Of a stretch of 64,000 bases of DNA, positions 59,101 to 64,000 are shown piece by piece. The notes under the pieces were generated by a model. The model did no database searches. It saw nothing but the letters and a program-made list of their open reading frames with translations, and had not been told where the DNA came from. Positions within the stretch are counted from its first letter, which is position 1. Each line of letters opens with the position of its first letter. This DNA comes from a virus (taxonomy: Duplodnaviria; Caudoviricetes): positions 1 through 64,000 of IMG/VR virus record IMGVR_UViG_3300025751_000015; one strand, given 5' to 3'. The position numbers and the translations under genes are program-made.

Positions 59101-59580
59101 CATAATAGTAATTGTCTGTTCTAACCAATTTGGATTTGAATCATCGTTCCAAGTTATAAATCTACTTCTTAAAGGAGTTCCTGAACTATCTGTTAAATTT
59201 TCTGTGGTTTGAATTCCTGTAACTTTTAAAATTCCGCTTGCACATTCATTTCTTTTGTTGTTATAACCAACAAGTCTAGCAAGTCGTAACACACTTTCTT
59301 TTTTCTCAGCAGTTTCAATAAAGTTTTCTCTAGCATTTAAGTCAACACGATAACTTAAACTTTGTCCTAAAAATGCAATAACGTCAATAAGTGCAAGATA
59401 TTCACTTGATTCAATATAGTCATTGTAATCTTCTGGATAATTCTTACGTAGGTAGTTGATCATTGTCCTACGAATAGTAGGAAAATCATATGCTGTAAAG
59501 TCTGCGTCTGTGAATGATCGATAGATCTTAGACCAGTCTTCTGTAACTAAAAGTGAGTTTTGTCTGTCATAACTTGCCAT
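56116..59580 (-). CDS. Baseplate wedge subunit, T4 gp6-like
   Basis: N-terminal YDF..IR..MI.YL...D...S....LID..A....L...E.F..TA....SV..LA..VGY; RMITGEDY; follows the gp25-like gene. Confidence 0.8.
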   Translation of the reverse strand: MASYDRQNSLLVTEDWSKIYRSFTDADFTAYDFPTIRRTMINYLRKNYPEDYNDYIESSEYLALIDVIAFLGQSLSYRVDLNARENFIETAEKKESVLRLARLVGYNNKRNECASGILKVTGIQTTENLTDSSGTPLRSRFITWNDDSNPNWLEQTITIMNSAFSGSTIYGKPNSSEIIGGIQTDLYKVNSNNTDIPVFTFSKSINGTQTPFDVVSAKIDSTNISEETPLPGNTFGLLYRNDKKGNSSENTGFFVHFKQGELVTSDFTINDPSNNEIINLNTPDINNSDVWLWELDQFGNYKTEWTKLDSTIGSNAIYNSISNNNRKIYTVVSRDLDQISLNFADGNFGDLPNGTFKTYYRISKGATYTIRPADMQNIVLEIGYTSKSGQQNTLILQCALQSTVTNASATESVDNIKRNAPQAYYTQNRMITGEDYNTFPLTSSPQIVKAKAVNRASSGISRQFEIKDPTGKYSSTNIIADDGIIYKNDFEVDFAFTFSSRNDVLGVLRNRVEPIIAGIATKSFYYDKFPRVNTTGLNIDWVKSTNTTGGVTGYFRNTVNGAPITVGSFTGNNFKFIATDSMIKFVPPSGRYFLPNGELTTTKTKTTRDYIWVKVLNVVGDGSNGGLGALDDGTGPIILSEVIPALSIPSEIIPNIVTDLPSDIETEIVDLVFNYKNFGIRYDQSTLTWKIVTNANVNTIDPFSLDREGDISGTKADKSWFVLFETDGETYTVTYRGLDYRFESENLVQFYVDARGKTYDPKTGLVIKDQVKILKVNEDPILDTILTKDYPWEITGTIRNPDGFEDTNRVEVNLYDSDDDGMIDDPDSFINVVAPDSVDVRGYKDKFVFFQNTVVDNVTVAKKVSATNFIIFDKESSIPALSDYTNGQLFYFYGSTENVVKSYNSTTGSLDLQNSYFAKPGRDGVKFQYIHNAENDRRLDPSKTNIIDLYMLTEAYDDSYRYYINNGGTKPEEPSSEQLRSQFEPALEKVKSISDTLIFHTVKYRELFGSNADTDLQAQFKIVRSQQSAISDNQLKSGVISAINEFFDIQNWDFGDTFFFTELATYVHNKLAPDLANIVIVPRSNSQAFGSLFQITSKSDEIFISSATVDNVEIIDSLTAANLQSSGNVVSSVDQVGTVSVTSTSTSSSGGSTY

Positions 59581-59585
59581 GCAAA

Positions 59586-59592
59586 TATTTAC
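59586..59592 (-). promoter_or_regulatory. Candidate late promoter GTAAATA, 5 nt before the ATG
   Basis: GTAAATA-TTTGC-ATG; intergenic. Confidence 0.45.
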
Positions 59593-59617
59593 CTTAAATT
59601 ATAAACTGCGTATATTA

Positions 59618-60058
59618 TTACCGACTGCTTAAACCACTGTCTCGATCAAACTTTAGGACCATTGTTTCAATGTGGTTATAAGCACTAAATTCAAGTTCTA
59701 ACAACACTTGTATTCCATACCCTTTTTCTTCAATGATTATGTTACGTGCATCGACCCTAGGATCTTCCGCAATAATTCTTGAAACATCTTCCATTAGTTT
59801 TTCTCTAACTGATTCAGTAAGTGGTTCGTACAGTATACCCCAAATCATAGTACCAAACTCCGGATTATATATTTTTTCTCCTTTGCGTATGTTAAAATGA
59901 TTAAGAATATCTTGTTTTATTAGTTCTGTGTCATATAAAGAAAATGACTTTGAATTTTCGTTAATCGTAGATATTCCTTTGTAAAACTGCGATACTTTCG
60001 TAGCATTGTTTACATTAGAAGTTTTTGTTTGTATGTTTATTTCTTTATACTGTCCCAT
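59618..60058 (-). CDS. Baseplate wedge subunit, gp25-like
   Basis: LIKQDILN.F..RKGE....PEFG.....LYEP and I..DPRV signature. Confidence 0.88.
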   Translation of the reverse strand: MGQYKEINIQTKTSNVNNATKVSQFYKGISTINENSKSFSLYDTELIKQDILNHFNIRKGEKIYNPEFGTMIWGILYEPLTESVREKLMEDVSRIIAEDPRVDARNIIIEEKGYGIQVLLELEFSAYNHIETMVLKFDRDSGLSSR

Positions 60059-60062
60059 AACT

Positions 60063-62027
60063 CTATTTACCGCTTATTTCTATGTCAGTGTAGGCACTAG
60101 ATGAAAGACTCTTATCTCTACTTTCATGTCCAGACCATGGTTCATGCATTGGTATACGTTTCATTATGCTAATCAATGGTGTGTCCGATGCATAGTAACC
60201 TTTTTTCCATTCCAGAGTATTATCAGTCTTTTCATTAGGAAATACTCCAAGTGCAGGAACGTTATACGGCATTTCAGCACCTGTGTCGAATGGAATTTTA
60301 GAATCAGGTGTAGGTATGCCTAATGCTGATATTGCAATAGGATCAGAAGGTAATGCTCCTGGGCCTGGCAAGTTAAGATGTACCTGAAGTCCATCAATAT
60401 GTACATTTTTCGTTGATGTTATATCAATTGTATCTGTAACTGCGACAACTTGTACTTTACCCTTTAAAGTTGTCAACCTAATATCGTGCTTACTATTAAC
60501 TTGAAACTTTGCTTCCAATGGTCCTACAATATTCGTATCAATCCTAAAGTCAGCATGAGTGGTCTTTGGTACAACCGGAGGAACTATTTCCCAATACTCG
60601 CCTGCTTGCGGCGGTACCGGTGCGTTATTGCTAGAAGGGTATGTGGTTTGTGTTAATGCTTTAAAGAATTGTGTTGCAAAAACAACAGTGTTGCCTTTGT
60701 AGTATGTTCTCTGAGGATTATACGTTACCTTATTCCAAATTTGATTTTCAGGCAAGTTGGTCTTAAATTCAATACCTGTACCTGCACTGTAACGTTGACC
60801 AAACTGTGAAACCAAATCAATTTCGCCCGTTCTAATTCTTGTGTTTAGTTTATTACTAATATCTAGGTTATCGGTGCTTAAAGAAAAGTCTGAAGCAGAA
60901 ATTCTTGCATCGTCTGACTGTATGTCTAAAGGTCCTCTTGTTTCTATTCTACCATCAATTTTTCCAAGCAATCTTAATTCACTTGCTTCTAAATAAGTTC
61001 TTTCTGTTCCTTTTAGATTTAGATTACGGCCTGCTTCAAAATTAATATCTCTGTCTGCACGAAAATTAAAATCTGCTTCTGTATGAATGCTTACACTGTC
61101 TTTGGCATAAACATCAATCTTGCCGTCTGCTGTCATTTCTATCCAAGCACTGCCGGATTGATTTGCTATGTAAACTATTTCCTCAGTATCATGTAAAAGT
61201 ATTTGAGCACCTTTGCTAGATCTAATTCTAACTAAATTATTATTTCCAAGAAAATCACCGTCATCCATTGTAAATGTATGACCGCCTAAATTAGTAAGAC
61301 GTGCTTCTCTTTTTTCTTTTTTGTAATTTATAGATACATCAATTAAATCTTTCTTTTCAGCAAACTTTCCAGGAGTATTAAATCCAACAATTCCTGTTCT
61401 TTTGTCTCTTAACAGATTTGATGTTGTTTGTCCTCTAACTGTATCAACCAACAGACCTTGTTTTTTTAATACTTCTGCAAAAGGATGAATTGCTCTTTTT
61501 AATTTAGTAGGTTCTGTTGAACCATCATTAGATGAATAATGAATTTCTGATGCTGGTAAACCTACACCACTTGCGTACTCATCTAATTTACTTTTTTCGG
61601 CCGCTATATTAGAAGTTGTTGAAAAGTCTGGAATAGTGTGTCCTATTCCTGGAGGCATAATACCTCCTAGCCAAAACCCTTCTGTTGAGTTTTTGTTTGC
61701 AAGTGCTATTAATCCTTGTGTTCCTATTTCTGGTGTTGGTAGAATAAATCCCGATGATGTTTGTGAATCATCAAATTTTTTAGCATCAGAACCTACGTAG
61801 TTTCTATCCTTACTACTAATGTATGGATATAACTGCCTTACAGTAATAGGATCTGAATCAGTATATTGTTTTCCTAATAATTTTACTTTAAAAGAATCAA
61901 TACCACCAATTTCTTTTACCTGGCCCATTACTAATACATCAAATAATGTGTCATGCAACTCGTTGAAATGCTTAGGTGCAGTGACCTTTAATGTTTTAGA
62001 ATGTTTTGCGAATATACCTTTTCCCAT
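60063..62027 (-). CDS. Baseplate hub / central spike protein, gp5/VgrG-like
   Basis: OB-like N-terminus (P..G...L.......FW.G), GGHTFTMDDG, IR...GAQILLHD and beta-helix-like repeats; upstream of gp25/gp6. Confidence 0.7.
   Translation of the reverse strand: MGKGIFAKHSKTLKVTAPKHFNELHDTLFDVLVMGQVKEIGGIDSFKVKLLGKQYTDSDPITVRQLYPYISSKDRNYVGSDAKKFDDSQTSSGFILPTPEIGTQGLIALANKNSTEGFWLGGIMPPGIGHTIPDFSTTSNIAAEKSKLDEYASGVGLPASEIHYSSNDGSTEPTKLKRAIHPFAEVLKKQGLLVDTVRGQTTSNLLRDKRTGIVGFNTPGKFAEKKDLIDVSINYKKEKREARLTNLGGHTFTMDDGDFLGNNNLVRIRSSKGAQILLHDTEEIVYIANQSGSAWIEMTADGKIDVYAKDSVSIHTEADFNFRADRDINFEAGRNLNLKGTERTYLEASELRLLGKIDGRIETRGPLDIQSDDARISASDFSLSTDNLDISNKLNTRIRTGEIDLVSQFGQRYSAGTGIEFKTNLPENQIWNKVTYNPQRTYYKGNTVVFATQFFKALTQTTYPSSNNAPVPPQAGEYWEIVPPVVPKTTHADFRIDTNIVGPLEAKFQVNSKHDIRLTTLKGKVQVVAVTDTIDITSTKNVHIDGLQVHLNLPGPGALPSDPIAISALGIPTPDSKIPFDTGAEMPYNVPALGVFPNEKTDNTLEWKKGYYASDTPLISIMKRIPMHEPWSGHESRDKSLSSSAYTDIEISGK
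60064..60070 (-). promoter_or_regulatory. Candidate late promoter GTAAATA, 5 nt before the ATG
   Basis: GTAAATA-GAGTT-ATG; overlaps the last codons of the upstream gene. Confidence 0.35.
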
Positions 62028-62722
62028 TATGTTATAATTCCTTGTGTACTATCTGTAACATTTTTTACTTTTTGTAAACTAGATTGTACAGGTTGTGTAA
62101 CTTTGTTGACAGCAGTGCTAACAACATTATCAACAGGTACTCCGCCCAATGATGCTATTTCAGTAACACTACTTACTGCTTCTGTTACTCCCTCGGGCAC
62201 AAATTGACTTGCCGCAGATGTTACTTTAGATAATGCATCTGCTGGATTTAAACTTGCAACATCACCTAACTTACTTAATACGCTAGATCCTTCTTTTTTC
62301 TCTTTTGATATATCAGTTGTTCCGTCACCTCTTGGATCTGGTTTTTCTGCAAATTTTCCTAATAAAGATGCTATTCCTTCTGGACTGCTTGGAATGCTAA
62401 ATCCAGTTGCCGCTTGTACTGCACTTAAAGCAAAACCAACAGGATCGCTTGCCGCTTGTTGTGCTGTAGCGATTGCACTTTTTACTTTCTGTACATTTGC
62501 TTTTGCTGTTGCAACCGCATCGGCTCCTTTGGCCGCGGCCTGACTTCCTGAAATAACTCCCGAGCCAACAGCAGTTGTTCCTGTTCCTTGTGCCGCACTA
62601 ATTAAACTAGTTTTGGAAGAAGCATTGGATGGCACAGTTACTATGGTAGGTTTCTTGTGTATATTTGTTTGTGCTTGATCTGCTGGTTCTGTTTTTTTAT
62701 TTTCTGCACTTGTTGGAAACAT
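62027..62722 (-). CDS. Ala/Ser/Thr/Val-rich hypothetical protein
   Basis: AGGAG RBS; TAATG coupling; low-complexity 231 aa. Confidence 0.65.
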   Translation of the reverse strand: MFPTSAENKKTEPADQAQTNIHKKPTIVTVPSNASSKTSLISAAQGTGTTAVGSGVISGSQAAAKGADAVATAKANVQKVKSAIATAQQAASDPVGFALSAVQAATGFSIPSSPEGIASLLGKFAEKPDPRGDGTTDISKEKKEGSSVLSKLGDVASLNPADALSKVTSAASQFVPEGVTEAVSSVTEIASLGGVPVDNVVSTAVNKVTQPVQSSLQKVKNVTDSTQGIIT

Positions 62723-62735
62723 TTTGCTTCTCCTA

Positions 62736-63998
62736 TTATCTTCCTCTGTTTGACCACTCGTTATTTGCTTTATAATCCTTATTGTCTGAACCGTCTGTTT
62801 TTAAGAAGGTCCTACGACCCGGATTCTCATAATCTTTTTCTTGATTTGGTCTTCTTAAACCATGTATTGTTTGTGTAAATGTTCCTTCTTCAAACATATT
62901 TTCAATTTTTACAACTTGATAAAGACCGCTTAGGCCTCCTTCTTTAATTCGTTGTTGTACGTCAACCCCCTGTTCAAGTTCTGAAGCAGTAGGAATATCG
63001 TCAGGGTACCTTAGACTAAAAACTATATCAGGCTCTCTGGTAAATGTATTCATTTCTCCCGTATCTTCAACTATAGGATCGGTTGAATTTAATTTTGGTC
63101 TTTCAGTTATTCCGCTTCCTATTATGTAAACAGGGTCGCCTATTATAGTAATCTCTGCTCTAATTAATGCTTGCTCTGCTGGTGGATTATAAAGAAAATC
63201 CTGCAGGGTTTGAGCAATTTGTGCCCTGTTAGTAACCTGTGTTCTTCTATATTGACTTTTTTCAATCATCTGTGACGGCAAGCCACCCGAAGCGCCTAAA
63301 TAATTTGAAACACCATTCTGTAGGTTGTTGATTGCATCTTGGTACATAGTTTTAGGCATAAAAGCATTATTTGTTTTTACTGCATTTTCCGTTGATGAAC
63401 TTGCTTCTTCTTCCGGCGGAACTAGTAACATCGGTGTAAAGAACAAATTGTTGTATCTAACATCAAATCTTAAAACATCTAAATTTTTTCCTGTGTAGGT
63501 ATAGTTGTATTCTCTTACTGCTCTTTCTCTTAATTTTCTTGTTGAAAAAATAATTTGAAGTCCAGGAAATTTACTATAATGTATATCATAAGGGGAAACA
63601 ATAAAATGATATTCATAAGCAAAATCCATTTTTACAACATCAAATGCTATTATTCTCGGTACGATATCAATTTTATACCAAGGTATATATTCGCTCTGTG
63701 CTATTTCATTTACTTTGCCTGCATCTGTAAACAATTTCATATAGGATGAATTTGCTATTAGAAGATGGATTGCGTTTGATAAGTTAAATCCTTTTTTGAA
63801 ACTCCATGGACTTGCCTTTTCACCAAACAGTGTATATGGTGTGGCTTTAAGTGTTCCAACCGTTTTGCTACTAGCCTCAATGGCTTCTTGTGCTTTTTTA
63901 ATCTCTCCTGCTTGTTTTTTAATTTCTCCATCTAATTCTGTAATTTTAGCCATCAATGTTGCAACAGTTGGGGTATCCTTTGTGGTCGGAGTAGTATT
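62736..63998 (-). CDS. Probable tail/baseplate protein, 5'-truncated by the window edge
   Basis: Frame is open from 63998; C-terminal A.ITIIGDP...GLYQVVKIENMFEEGTFTQ resembles hub-type (gp27/GpD-like) beta domains. Confidence 0.6.
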   Translation of the reverse strand, partial: NTTPTTKDTPTVATLMAKITELDGEIKKQAGEIKKAQEAIEASSKTVGTLKATPYTLFGEKASPWSFKKGFNLSNAIHLLIANSSYMKLFTDAGKVNEIAQSEYIPWYKIDIVPRIIAFDVVKMDFAYEYHFIVSPYDIHYSKFPGLQIIFSTRKLRERAVREYNYTYTGKNLDVLRFDVRYNNLFFTPMLLVPPEEEASSSTENAVKTNNAFMPKTMYQDAINNLQNGVSNYLGASGGLPSQMIEKSQYRRTQVTNRAQIAQTLQDFLYNPPAEQALIRAEITIIGDPVYIIGSGITERPKLNSTDPIVEDTGEMNTFTREPDIVFSLRYPDDIPTASELEQGVDVQQRIKEGGLSGLYQVVKIENMFEEGTFTQTIHGLRRPNQEKDYENPGRRTFLKTDGSDNKDYKANNEWSNRGR

Positions 63999-64000
63999 TG

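Noticed and set aside
1-64000. tRNA genes, CRISPR arrays, DGR repeats, IS elements or stop-codon reassignment
   Set aside because: Intergenic gaps are short and show no cloverleaf or spaced direct repeats; no RT or transposase motifs; TAA, TAG and TGA all end well-formed genes. Visual inspection only; tRNAscan-SE and a CRISPR finder would confirm.

Overview
A 64 kb fragment of a large, AT-rich, densely coded T4-like myovirus (tailed dsDNA phage) genome, standard genetic code. The host is bacterial, judging from near-consensus sigma70 promoters; it cannot be identified further from sequence alone. There are two convergent blocks. The + strand block (1-32.4 kb) carries small hypothetical proteins, a family B DNA polymerase, a probable sliding clamp, and a 7-deazaguanine DNA-modification locus: TGT/DpdA-like transglycosylase, QueD-like protein, FolE, YhhQ transporter and, further on, QueE. 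That locus is interleaved with a GT-B glycosyltransferase, a class III aminotransferase and an oxygenase-like ORF. The same block holds a PRTase, ClpP, an MBD4-like glycosylase, a HIT hydrolase, a 5'-3' exonuclease, a MoxR/VWA pair split by nuclease-like ORFs, ThyX and dCMP deaminase. The - strand block (32.5-64 kb) is the tail/baseplate module: four paralogous fibre-like genes, a 4648-aa baseplate protein, and gp6-, gp25- and gp5-like genes. Best leads: (1) a deazaguanine pathway with no QueC/QueF in the window but with extra tailoring enzymes, possibly making an undescribed hypermodified guanine; (2) a C-terminal LF(D/E) motif shared by the polymerase and the transglycosylase, suggesting clamp-tethered co-replicative modification; (3) an unannotated 39-aa metallothionein-like ORF. 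All family calls come from motif recognition by eye; no database searches were run.
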